Assembly (NCBI RefSeq): GCF_001194135.2
Contig: NC_068984.1
Location: 27,788,486 to 27,852,485 of the forward strand
Source of the DNA: Octopus bimaculoides
Lineage: Eukaryota
Direction of reading: 5' to 3'
Length of the DNA stretch: 64,000 nt
Below the pieces are notes generated by a model. That model searched no databases and was not told the origin of the DNA. It saw nothing but the letters and a program-made list of their open reading frames with translations. The position numbers and the translations under genes are program-made. The first letter of the stretch is position 1. Each line of letters begins with the position of its first letter. Of the stretch, positions 1-11,589 are shown piece by piece.

Positions 1-389
1 ATATATACATATATATATATATTACATACATATAAGAGGGGGAAATTATATTACATACATATGTATGTAATATAATTTTTCTGAATCTGCAGATTTTTTC
101 AATATGCTAGGCCACTGGTTTTAAATTGATATTAATCAAATTAATATTCAATTTTTCACCCTTATTATTTAAAGTTATATATATATATTTATATACACAC
201 ACATGTGTATGTATACATACACACACATACATATACTTATACATAAACATTTATATATACACACATAAAGATATACGTATACATATACATGTACATACAT
301 ATATACATATATATACACATATACATATAAATACACACACACGCGCATATACATGCACACAAGCAGTAATGCAGCTTGCATGGTGTTGA

Positions 390-1320
390 TAATATTTCAA
401 TGTTTTAAAAGCCAGAACCTTCAAGTTTTTCTGCAGACCATTTGGTACAGTATGTAATCTCTGTTGCATATATCCCCGTTGTTTATTTTTGTAACCCAAG
501 TTTAAATGGTTCCAATTTGTTCCATGGTGGAGAGAACATGGTATGAACCACATTGGAATACACCAGTAACTATCGATCTATTTAAGAACTATGCTAGCCT
601 CATTTCAGTTTTCAGCTCCAGTGGTGTAATTTATTAACTAACTTCAACTGGGCAAGATTACTCCTTTGGCTTGCTACACATAAATAAAGTTTATTTGTCC
701 ACAATATGGACTTCTATCTACTCTGGCTTGTTACCCCATAGATCAAAAGAAAACAGAACTTTCTACTGATAGTGCCAGTGTACAGTTACCGCTACTATCT
801 TTTGGACGATTTTTAGACAAGAATTTCTTCAATGAGGGAACTTTCAATCCCTCTTTAGAGATTGCCTTATAGACTGCAGCAATAGTTCTCCCTTTGGAAT
901 ATTGCATTCATGAAAATCATATGTCATCTCTGGAGGTGTGAATCTTTCCTTGGAAAACACAAAAAATGTTTAGCAAAAAATAGTTGGAAGCCCTTGTCTA
1001 AGAAAACTTTTTGGAACTGTTTGGTGATAGTGGCTGTATCTACTGCCATGCTGCACCTGTTGCATATCAATGTAATTTTATTTTGCATTTGAGTAGACTT
1101 GGTTCTGTTGAGCAGGGCTCATTTGTAACACTTGCAGTAACCTAATCTATTAACTTGATATCTTTGCAATTTTCTCTTTTCAGTGTATCTTCTTTGCATT
1201 GTCACAATTAAAGATAATATTGTCATGAAAGCACTTTGTATGCACTGTCTGATATTTTCAGCATTTTAGGGACTATACCTGTGGGCCCTGCTGTCTTCTC
1301 AGCTTTATTATATTGCACAG
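390..1320 (-). mobile_element. Heavily decayed RTE-like LINE reverse-transcriptase relic
   Basis: Minus-strand translation gives AEKTAGPTGIVPKMLKIS, KEDTLKRENCKDIKLID and KQFQKVFLDKGFQLFF. These resemble the RTE RT blocks GKAPGPSGI..EMLK, KGDALDR.NYRGIKLLD and RQLQEKYLAK. Many stops and frameshifts; boundaries approximate. Confidence 0.5.
483..776. repeat. Left arm of ~295 bp near-identical inverted repeat (partner 1498-1797)
   Basis: Reverse complement of 1498-1797 matches base by base apart from a few substitutions and one small indel. Confidence 0.95.
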
Positions 1321-1497
1321 ATTAATGAAATGAACAAAGAAGTTGAGTTAACAAATAAAACCGTAACACATTTTCCAAGCAAAGATTTTTACACCTCCTT
1401 TCCCCATTTCACAATGCCAGATGATACTGGAATATGTACACATGAATGTGAAATATCAGATTTTTACTGTCTGCCTCAAACAACAGTGGGAGAACAA

Positions 1498-1797
1498 GGC
1501 ACTATCAGTAGAAAGTTCTGTTTTCTTTTGATCTATGGGGTAACAAGCCAGAGTAGATAGAAGTCCATATTGTGGACAAATAAACTTTATTTATGTGTAG
1601 CAAGCCAAAGGAGTAATCTTGCCCAGTTGAAGTTAGTTAATAAATTACACCACTGGAGCTGAAAACTGAAATGAGGCTAGCATAGTTCTTAAATAGATCG
1701 ATAGTTACTGGTGTATTCCAATGAGGTTCATACCATGTTCTAAATTCCTCCACCATGGGACAAATTGGAACCATTTAAACTTGGGTTACAAAAATAA
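1498..1797. repeat. Right arm of ~295 bp inverted repeat (partner 483-776)
   Basis: GGCACTATCAGTAGAAAG...GGGTTACAAAAATAA is the reverse complement of 483-776. Confidence 0.95.
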
Positions 1798-1947
1798 TTT
1801 TTTTCAGTAGCGATTCTAAACTTTCACTAAATGTTTCCTGAATTTGTTTTACATACGTATATCTACAAAGATAATGTAGTAGATTAATAAATATTAACCA
1901 TATGTTGAAAATAAGCATTTTGTGAAATTTGTTCGCACTAACCTTAC

Positions 1948-2000
1948 CTTTTCTAATATATATTTGTAATGTTCAAAAGAAGCATTATAATAAACACTCA
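1948..2000 (-). CDS. Candidate internal coding exon of an unidentified gene (xSVYYNASFEHYKYILEK)
   Basis: Strong acceptor gttcttcttttttacag and strong donor AAG|gtaagg; 53 nt open in phase 1 to 0. No homology established. Confidence 0.35.
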
Positions 2001-3225
2001 CTGTAAAAAAGAAGAACATGTTTTTCCAAACAATTAAACCATTTAATAAAGTTACTTTCTAAACTATCTATGTTGTATATAACTTTTAGCATTGATTCAC
2101 TTTAAATGGTATGTTAATTAAACAAATAGGAGGAAAACTGTGATGGAAAACATTCCTATGAGAAGAGTATTAAAATTATTATACATCATATGTTTTTATC
2201 CCTTTGTGGCCATATTTATTTGCATTTTTTCTTTACTTCTTTTTTTTTTTCAGTATTGCTTATTATTTTAGTATTGCTTTCTCTCAGTCTGCTGTATTGG
2301 TTGATGTTTTCATTATCTTTATATTACAATCAGTTTTGTTAGCTTATTTCAGAAAATTAGTTTATGCTCTAGAAATTCAAAGAGCCTTTTTGCTTTGTAA
2401 GATTTTGTAATATAATTTTCAAATCTTATGTAAGATAGTCATTTTTAATATATTTTGAGGTTGCTAGACAATTACTGAATATCAAAAGATATTTTAAAGA
2501 ATATTTTGTTTAAAACAAAAACATTTTTAAAGATATTTAAAAGAAAAAAATGGTAAACTAAGAAGAAATTATTAAAACAAAAATAAAAAAAGAAAGAAAT
2601 TAAAATTGAAATGTTGAATGTAAAGAAAGAAGAATGAGTAGAAAATGAGAGAGATATGAAAGAAGAAATAAATATTGAAAAATTTTTTTTTAAATTCAGA
2701 AAAAAATATAAATGGAAAGTTCAATAAAAGTTGAATTATTAAATTCTTCGAATTACAAAGTGCTTTGATAATGTATTAAGAAAATTGACAAAAGATGCAC
2801 TGTGTTTTTATTATTTAAAACATCTACAATATACGATAAAATATAAATTAATAAATTAATAAAGATAGCAGTAAATAATCACTAGAATCTGAAATTATTG
2901 GTTGGTATTAAAATGAAGAGGTTTATATGTAACATTGTATAAACATAAATATATATTAAAAGTGTTTTTGAAAGCTGCTATAATACAAGTTGGAAAAAGA
3001 GGAAGGAAAAGAAAAGCAGCGCAAAAACAATCTTTGATGCTGTTATCATATATTTCAATATTTTAGCTTCACAAAGCCTTTAACAAGAGAAAGTAGAGAT
3101 TAAGTTTAGCTCTGACATGCACAGATATGCTATGGTGCGTGTGGGTGTGATGGAATGAACTGATGAGCAATATTTTTCTGTTGATGGTGGGAGATATGAT
3201 TTAATTGTTTTATAATGTAATACAG

Positions 3226-3290
3226 GCACAACAGTTGTGATGGTTAAAAGTCATCATCAGGATAATTACTGGTTCCCTGCATTTTACACA
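3226..3290 (+). CDS. Weak candidate exon (xTTVVMVKSHHQDNYWFPAFYT)
   Basis: aatacag acceptor (weak pyrimidine tract), ACA|gtaagt donor, one open frame. It lies on the opposite strand to the better candidate at 1948-2000. Confidence 0.2.
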
Positions 3291-3454
3291 GTAAGTGAAA
3301 CAAAATGCACAAGTTTTTTCATGTTTTTTGTTGTTGTTTGGTAATATTTTTCTCTGCTATACATTCACAAAAAATAAACACACACACAAAATTCTCACTG
3401 ACACACACTCACACAGTCACATGCACATAGCTGCTGTATGTTTCCACTGACATA

Positions 3455-3730
3455 GGCTGGATGGTTTGACCAGGGCTGGCCAGCCGGAAGGCTGCACCAG
3501 ACACCAGTCTGATTTGGTATGGTTTCTATGACTGGATGCCCTTCCTAATGCCAACCACTTTACAGAGTGTACTTGGTGTCTTTACATGACACCATGCAGA
3601 TGCTTTTACATGGCGCCACATGAGTGCTTTTACATGGCACCACCACGACTGCTTTTCACATCCAGAAATACTGTCTTACCACTTCTGCAGCAGAGTATGG
3701 GTCTTCTTGAGTACAGCAAGGTGGCAGGCA
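3455..3730 (-). mobile_element. RTE LINE 3' end fragment
   Basis: Reverse complement matches the tail shared with 4141-4560 and 30200-30375 (ggttggcattaggaagggcatccag...tctggtgcagcc). Confidence 0.7.
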
Positions 3731-3799
3731 TCTCTCTCTCTCTCTCACTCACTCACTCTCTCTCACTCACTCACTCTCTCTCAATCTCTCTTCCTACAT

Positions 3800-4000
3800 A
3801 TGTGTGTGTGTGTGTGTTGGTGATATTTTTCCTCCTTCTTCCCTTTTCTTTTGAACTTTCCCCTGTCTTCTTTTTCTGAAGAAGAGCTTTGCTTGAAATG
3901 AAATACAACCTTTCTTTCCTTCTCTGAGTGTCTTATTAAAACTTTGCATGTACCACATCCTCATGTTGTTGTTTTTTTCTTGTTCTTTTTTCTTCGTTTC
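3800..4000 (+). mobile_element. Penelope-like terminal (pLTR-like) fragment with decayed hammerhead motif at 3871-3906
   Basis: CTGAAGA-A-GAGC-TTT-GCTT-GAAATG; similar in layout to the elements at 44.4 and 48.9 kb. Confidence 0.45.
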
Positions 4001-4140
4001 TTTTTAGTAACTATATATATGTGTGTGTGTGTGTGTGTGATTTTGTTATGAGATTCGAATGAAGTGTTTCGAGTTGGAAAACAGTGTGTGAGAGAAAATT
4101 GTAATGTCATAGGAGAGAAATGTGTTCACATAGATGATGT

Positions 4141-4560
4141 GTCCACCTGTGCTGCCTCACTGACACCCATGCTGGTGACATGTGAAAATCACCATTCAAG
4201 GGCGGCTGGTGCCAGTGCTGCCTAACTGGCACCCATGATGGTGGCATGTGAAAAGCACCATTTGGTCATGACCAATGCCAATTCTGCCTGACTGCACCCA
4301 TACCCCTAGTACATAAAAAGGACCACTCAAGCATGATCTATGCCAGTGCCACCTGACTGGCGCCTGTGCCAGTGGAATGTAAAAAGCACCCACTACACTC
4401 TTGGAGTGGTTCGTGTCAGGAAGGGTATCCAGTTGTAGAAACCTTGCCAAGTCAGATTGGAGCCTGGTGCAGCCTCCTGGCTTGCCAGTCCTCAGTCAAA
4501 CCGTCCAGCCCATGCCAGCATGGAAAGCTGACGTTAAATGATGATGAGGATGATGATGAT
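4141..4560 (+). mobile_element. RTE LINE 3' UTR with ~65 bp tandem units and (GAT)n tail
   Basis: Repeated gccagtgcc..tgactggc..gtggcatgtaaaaagcacc units, then cactacactcttggagtgg...gacgttaaatgatgatg; homologous to 29889-30375. Confidence 0.85.
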
Positions 4561-4759
4561 TCCTTTGAATCTAGGCACATCAACACGGTGAACACCGGAA
4601 ATGGCTAGGTACAATACTATACTGCTCATAGTGAGGTGAAGAATATTGAAGTGTTGCTAGGATACTGTAAATATGCAAGTACCAAATCCAATTTAAACCA
4701 TAGATCCAACTCTAGGGTTGGTCCTTGGTATTGTCTAGGTATAAAATGTTAACACATAT

Positions 4760-5225
4760 GGCATTTAAAATTTATAACAGCTGTTTCGGTAGAATTTTAT
4801 TTATACATTCATAGACAATTACATCATAATACATAATCCACTACTGTCAGGTAAAATTTTAACAAGGTAAGATTTCTATCAAGTGAACAGGTGAGATATC
4901 TTACATTGATCAGAACAAATCCAACATCGTTTGGATCAGCAGCTCATTCAAAGTTAACATTTGAAAGTATAGGAGACTTAGAAGGTATGGCTTAAAACAA
5001 ATAAATAAGAAGAGCTCAAACAGCCATACTATTTAAATTCACATATTTAAATTAGTTTATGGTTAACACAGGAGAAAGTAAAAGTATATAGATACATTGT
5101 AGCTATGAGTTGTAATTAAACAGTCATCAAAACCGTGCATATATTTTCTCGTTAAAGGAGATCATTTATGTGGTTCTGGCCAACAGAAAACATAAACCTG
5201 TCACCAGTTTTCTTCCTGTCCTCTT
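4760..5225. repeat. Left arm of ~470 bp inverted repeat (partner 8085-8914)
   Basis: 4760-4968 matches rc of 8707-8914; 4990-5045 matches rc of ~8450-8505; 5047-5225 matches rc of 8085-8254 (roughly 80-85% identity by eye). Confidence 0.9.
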
Positions 5226-5331
5226 CAATTAAGCATAATAGATGCACACACACACATACATACATGTATACCTAAGTATATATATATATATATAGATATA
5301 TAGATAGATACATATGTATATTCATATGTGT

Positions 5332-5398
<67 letters not shown>

Positions 5399-5750
5399 CA
5401 TACATACTCACACACACACATATACATTAGTAGAGATAGAAACATATATATCAGTACTAAAATACAAATATGAGGAGTATAGGTATAATATACATATAAA
5501 TATATAAACAACAAAAATTAATTTGCGAAAAATATATGTAAAAGAATAGATGTACACACACACACATATATGCATATACATACACACACATCCACACACA
5601 GACACATACTCACACACACAAAATATATACATATAATGAAAATGTTGACGATAAAGGACAAAGTAACTAGGATGTCATACACTGAACTATCAAATATTTC
5701 ACTAGTTTTTTTTTTACATAAAGTTGCAAATCAGTGTAAGAATACGTTAC

Positions 5751-5864
5751 CTGAGAGGCAAACAACAATGTATAATGCTAGTTGAGAGACCAAGAAATGG
5801 TGAGTGCCAGAGTTAGGTGGCCAATAAAGTGGGTATGAATTTGTAAGTAACATTAAGGTATAAG
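5751..5864 (-). CDS. Candidate symmetric (phase 1-1) 114 nt exon (YTLMLLTNSYPLYWPPNSGTHHFLVSQLALYIVVCLS)
   Basis: Donor CAG|gtaacg, weak acceptor ttgagtag, 37 open codons. The phase is compatible with the 1948-2000 exon. Confidence 0.22.
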
Positions 5865-6208
5865 CTACTCAAAGCTTTAAATAATATTTATGTGAGACAA
5901 GTTTACTTAACTAAGTTAAAAAGGGCAAGCTGAATGCTTAGAGGTTAGAGATAACGGTAAATATTATAAAGTTAGAGATAAGTAGGAAATATTATAAACT
6001 GACATTGGATTTGTCCAGATCGATGTAAGAAATCTCCCTCTCCCCGCTAGCCATATAAACAAAAGTGCATTTTGCACCAAAAGCCAATATGAGAGTTTCT
6101 CTCATGGTATCTACTGCAATATAACTCTTTTTTAACAGGAACATCTGTGTTTCAGTGGGGATGAATATTACATTTCAGTATCAATACTATGTCTGTCACT
6201 AATATATA

Positions 6209-6793
6209 TTGGGCTGTCCAGAAAGTTTGTGCCAATTTATAGTAGCTTATCTTTCAACTTATTTTAGAACATAGTTGAGTCCATAAAATAGGATTTGACT
6301 AAACCTCCATTTAGTGCACAGTTTAAGCTATCTTTTTGTGGAAGAAGGTTTACGTTCCTATAACCTGTGTTAATTTTGTAACCCTTTAAAATGGAAGATA
6401 AGAAAGTTCATTTTCGGCACTTGATGCTTTTCTTTTTCTGTAAGCAGCCAAAGAAGCCAAAGAAATATGCGCAGTTTACGGTGATGTTTCTTTATCCGAA
6501 AGAACTGTATGGAAGTGGTTTGCAAGGTTCTGAGCTGGAGATTGTAACCTTATTGATGAAGAGCTATCAAGCAGACCATCCACTACAAATGACCACCAAA
6601 TCAAGTCATTAATTGAGAATAATCCACATTGCATAACCCGAGAATTGGCAGAAAGCCTCAACCTATAAAAATCCATCATTCATGAGCTTCTGGGAAAGCT
6701 TGGGTACACAAATCGCTACGATGCTTGGGTACCACATGAGTTGAGTGAGAAGAACCTTTTGGAAAATCGGCACAGACTTTCCAGACAACCCAA
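6209..6793 (+). mobile_element. Internally deleted mariner transposon with both TIRs and TA target duplication
   Basis: TA|TTGGGCTGTCCAGAAAGTTTGTGCC ... GGCACAGACTTTCCAGACAACCCAA|TA. Transposase from ATG 6391 reads MEDKKVHFRHLMLF..ICAVYG..RTVWKWFARF..WVPHELSEKN and stops right after the WVPHEL motif. Confidence 0.95.
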
Positions 6794-7595
6794 TACATTA
6801 GACAATAGGTTTAATGTATAAAGAGGTATTTCTAATGTAATGTGAACATTTTACCCTAAGTTCATTAGAATTATGAAGGACTTTACCTGGACATGTTAGT
6901 ATCTCCCATAATTCAGTGCAGCAAAGACTACTTTGGATATCTATCATCTGAACAGGGTAGTGCATGTTTGATTATGCTTCAAATAATATAGAGTTTACTT
7001 TTCTCCTTAATGTCCCAATTTTTCCAACAATTTTTTATTTTAACCATTACATGTTTATCAAAAGTATGAGAATGATTGAACAAACACTGCTTGAATTGGG
7101 AGCCAGTGAATCAATGTATGAAATGTCATTGGATCAGTTTTAAAATCACACCTATAGAAAATGTGTTTAACATTTCATCTGTAGAAATATGTTTTGTGAG
7201 TATAAATTTATTTCTAAAATTACAAAACTTGAAGAGACATTAGTATTTTCTGATAGTAGGGATATTAAACTGTTATTCATATGCATCTCTAGAACTATTA
7301 GAATCATTCGAATTATCATTCAGAGTTGAGCAAGAGTCAACGGGCTTGTTAATATTTGTGATAGTACTGCCATTTTGTGGGTAATTTTTAGTGTGGTTGC
7401 ATCGATTATTAATAGCTACATAATCAACATTTATATTAAAATCATTTCAAGCATTAAAGGAGTTGGTTTGCCATTATTTGGGTTACAGTCATTGTCGTCA
7501 GAGCTACTATCAACACTTACTGCCACAATGACATCTAGTGTTGGTAAGGAATTGGTGGAGGTTGTAACAGTCGACTAACAGATAGTGTGACAACG

Positions 7596-7640
<45 letters not shown>

Positions 7641-7906
7641 NNNNNNNNNNNNNNNNNNNNNNNNNNNNNNNNNNNNNNNNNNNNNNNNNNNNNNNNNNNN
7701 NNNNNNNNNNNNNNNNNNNNNNNNNNNNNNNNNNNNNNNNNNNNNNNNNNNNNNNNNNNNNNNNNNNNNNNNNNNNNNNNNNNNNNNNNNNNNNNNNNNN
7801 NNNNNNNNNNNNNNNNNNNNNNNNNNNNNNNNNNNNNNNNNNNNNNNNNNNNNNNNNNNNNNNNNNNNNNNNNNNNNNNNNNNNNNNNNNNNNNNNNNNN
7901 NNNNNN

Positions 7907-7953
<47 letters not shown>

Positions 7954-8258
7954 ATTACATACATACATACACACACACACATACACGTACATATTTGTGT
8001 GCGTGTGTATGTATTTATATATATACGTATGTTTGTGAGCATGTTCACGTGTGTGTATCTATTGTACTTAAGTTGAATAGAATAGGGAGAAGGTTGATAA
8101 CAGGTTTATGTTTTCTGTTGGCCAGGACCACGTAAATTATCACCTTTAATGAGAAAATATCTGCACGGTTTTGATGAATGTTTAATTACAACTCATAGCT
8201 ACAATGTATCTATAAATTCTTACTTTCTCCCGTGTTAACCATAAACTAATTTAAGCAT

Positions 8259-8448
8259 ACTCTTTTACTCTTTTATCTGTTTCAGTCATTTGACTGTGGC
8301 CATGCTGGAGCACCACCTTTAGTCAAACAAATCGACCCCAAGACTTATTCCTTCTAAGACTAGTACTTATTTTATTGGTCTCTTTTGTCGAACCACTAGG
8401 CTACGGGGATGTAAACAAGCTACATACCACACAGCCACTCCTGCGCCC
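8259..8448 (-). mobile_element. Internally deleted tRNA-derived SINE
   Basis: Tail (ttcagtcatttgactgtggccatgctgg...) is shared with 18975-19410; rc head ggcgcaggagtggctgtgtggtatgtagcttgtttac is joined directly to the tail. Confidence 0.8.
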
Positions 8449-8531
8449 TATGTGAATTTAAATAGTATGGTTGTTTGATCTCTTTTTATTTGCTTGTTTT
8501 AAGCAACAACGTGTAATTCTCCTATACATTC

Positions 8532-8706
8532 TGTTGTGTTGACGCCCCCAAGCAAAGAAGTAGGATCACCCAAGACATATAAATAGAAGTAGTCTAGCCG
8601 TGGTAGAGGAGTTGAGTGACTGTTGAGTAGAGTTGAGTAGCCTTCGTGTAGTGGTTGAGTAGGGATCATCCAAAGGTGCTAGATAGCAGTAGCTTGAGAC
8701 ATAACA
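8532..8706. mobile_element. Solo LTR (175 bp) with 5 bp target-site duplication CATTC
   Basis: Ends TGTTGTG...CATAACA; CATTC at 8527-8531 and 8707-8711; internal TATAAATA. The other repeat arm has the empty site. Confidence 0.85.
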
Positions 8707-10149
8707 CATTCAAATGCTAAGTTTGAATGAGCAACTGATCCAGCTGACGTTGGATCTGTTCCAATCAATGTAAGATATCTCACCTGTTCACTTGTTAGAA
8801 ATCTTACCTGTTTAAAATTTTACCTGACATTGGTGGATTATATGTTATGATGTAATTGTCTATGGATGTGTAAATAAGATTCTACTGAAACAGCTGTTGT
8901 AAATTTTAAATGCCTTTACTTTATATATATATATACATATGTATATATGTCAGTGTGCATGTGTGTGTGTGCGCATGTGCACGTGTGTGTATGAATATAT
9001 ATGTGTGTGTGTGTGTGTATGCATATGTATATATTTGGATGTGTGTGAGTGTGTACATATATGTATTTCTGTTATTTCTTTCATTTGTTTCAGCCGTGGC
9101 TCTGTGTTCTGTGGTTTTGCACCTTTTCTACAACTTTCTTCTTTGGCAGATTTCTTCAGGGTGGTCGGATATTTAACACAACTGAAAATATATGTAGAGG
9201 GCCAACTAGCAGCTTAAAGTTAATTAGATATGTGTAATCAAGTGTATTTTATATATTTTTATATACAAAAACATTATATTATTAGAAATCCCATTGGACA
9301 GTGACAGCCAAACTGTCAGCGCTTTAGTTTAATAGTTTAGTGATATTATTGATAAAAATAACAGCAAATATCCCCTGTTTGATATGATCGAGTTCTATCT
9401 ATCAATTTTCAATTTACTCCTCATCACAGCAATGGAGTTTGGAATGACACATTGTAATATTCATGATAAATGTGTCAACATAGCCATGCATGCTAGAATT
9501 CCACTGTCTTTCAACAGCTTCTTTGCATGAGTGAAAGACAAGAGTGATCTTTCTCAGTGTACAGTGAGTTGATATTTTGGAGCGGGAACATGCGATTCAT
9601 CCTAGCTTCATCCCCTTCGTCAATGATGTTGGTCTGTTGTTTCTAATAACGTAAAATAGTATCACCTGGATCAAATAAAAGAATATCTAATTAAAGCATC
9701 TATAATACTGAAACTTAATGTCACTGTGGTAATAACCATAATAATTGCTAACTTTTTAGATGGTTCTGTACACTCAGCAAATATAAACTCAAGCCAAATG
9801 AAAGACAAGGCAAACAAAAAGCACATTTACATCGGCAAATCCTCTAATTCCGTCCCCAGCATTTTCTCAGGAAATTGGACTTTTTGATAGAGCATCAAAC
9901 ACTATTATAAAGTGCTGTGCAATAGTGAATTCAAAGATGTAAAGGTTACATCAAAACCTGAAACGTCCTCAGTTAACTGAATAAGGAACAATAAAAACTT
10001 TTTTTTTTAATACATTCATATTTACCTAGTTTACACTGAATGTTTTCTGTAAAGCTAGATCGATTTCCTGATTGATTTCTGTAAAGGTATATTCTTCCCT
10101 AATGGGCTTAGTGTCTTAGAGAAATTTGATGAATGCATTGTTGCCTTGC

Positions 10150-11150
10150 TGTCACTCTTGATAGCAGTAACAGACTATCTTTTGACATGAGAGACTCCTA
10201 TAATAACTACCTGCCTATGAGCACTACCCTGCTCTCATCTCTTGACTTAGTATCTTTCATTCAGGTCGCATTGACTTTGGAGTTGATGGAATATTAGGTT
10301 ATGTCTTCTACTCATTTCCTTATATATATGACATAATTACCGCTCCCTCCATCAACACCTACTTTGATGCAGATGACATTAAACTTTATTTCTCTCTAAC
10401 ATTCTCCAATGATGCATAATCCAAACACAACCAAAACACACACATCAAATCTATTCTGACTTCCTTCTCTGAACATAAACCTTGAATGCATCCCTCAGTG
10501 GAGATATGCCAACCTTCTCTCTTTCAAGAGCAAGGAAATGCAAATGATACTTCCATCAAGAAAACACGACTTATCACCAACGATTTCTTGTGACAAAAAA
10601 AAAAAAATAAAAATAACATAGCAAGAACTGCTTCCAATGCATTGACCCTGCTCTTCAGAACCCCAAAATACTTAATCCAACAACAATCTTTGATATTCTC
10701 CAAAGCTCAGATGAGGCCCAATATGAGGTATTGTTCTTGCATCGGGAACAGTGATGCTGCATACAGACAACATAAACGACATCCAAAAAAGGGCCATGCA
10801 ATTTATTAGCATAATGTCACTTACTGATATACTTCAGCCTCTGACCCAGATGTAGACTGTCTCCTCTCTCTACTTTTTCTATCAATACTGTAATGGTTTC
10901 TACTCTTTAGTGCTGTCTGAGCTCATAATGTCTACACTTAAGCATCCAGTATAACTCGCCTCCAGAACACATATCTATCATTATATCTACGAATTTCGAT
11001 CCCCATAAATTCCCCTCCCACTCATGTCTTTCCCACATATTTATGATTTTCTTTAAAATGTCAGCTTCTTGTACCAATATCCAACTATTAGGTCTCTTCC
11101 AGGTGCCTTTCCATCATGTAGCTTGCATTCAGCTCTATTGAATGTTGGGT
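10150..11150 (+). mobile_element. Jockey/CR1-like LINE relic (RT C-terminal half and 3' region)
   Basis: Translates to DADDIKLYFS, LECIPQWRYANLLSFK and ARTASNALTLLFRTPKY..KAQMRPNMRYCS, typical of this LINE group; many stops. Confidence 0.7.
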
Positions 11151-11589
11151 CAAATATGTATGTTTTACTGTCAATGTTAGTATAACATTTTCTCCTAGCT
11201 GTATTTAGCCACAACGCTTTAAGGTTGCAATCTCTCTTTTCATTTCAGATTTTAGACAAGAATGATCCAAGATCTTGAGAGGGGGGGGGGATTTCTTAAC
11301 AGTAATATTTTCCTTCTTCATCTCTCTCTCTCATTCTCTCTCTCTCTCTTTCTTTCTCTCTCTGCATAATGCCTGTGGGACTGGAAACAAACTTGTGATC
11401 TACACTGGTTCGTTCAAAAATTCACCTACGGTAGTGGAGTTCGTGCTTTAGAGTAGTTAGATTTCCGTCAAGAGCTTGGTGTGAAGAGCCACCACAGAAT
11501 AGTGTTAATTTATGAGTAATTGGTGTGTTATGAACTCATTTCTTTTTTTACATTATATTACTGTTGTTAACCATCAAATATGGCAGCAC

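Larger units (their letters stand above)
8085..8914. repeat. Right arm of long inverted repeat, interrupted by a SINE and a solo LTR
   Basis: Colinear reverse-complement homology to 4760-5225 resumes on both sides of each insertion. Confidence 0.88.

Noticed and set aside
1948-2000. Faint resemblance of SVYYNASFEHYKYILEK to the TMEM260 C-terminal region
   Set aside because: Recalled from memory on 17 residues, and neighbouring candidate exons do not fit; no gene symbol assigned.
7240-7580. Asn/Asp/Ser-rich coding-looking stretch on the minus strand
   Set aside because: It needs a frameshift, has flanking stops and lacks a convincing splice-site pair.
9290-9670. Possible LINE RT traces here, and at 34629-34913 and ~58500-58730
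   Set aside because: Only one or two weak motifs each; too degraded to support.
11249-11290. Plus-strand terminal exon ILDKNDPRS* followed by a G-run
   Set aside because: Good acceptor but only 30 nt; indistinguishable from chance without RNA data.
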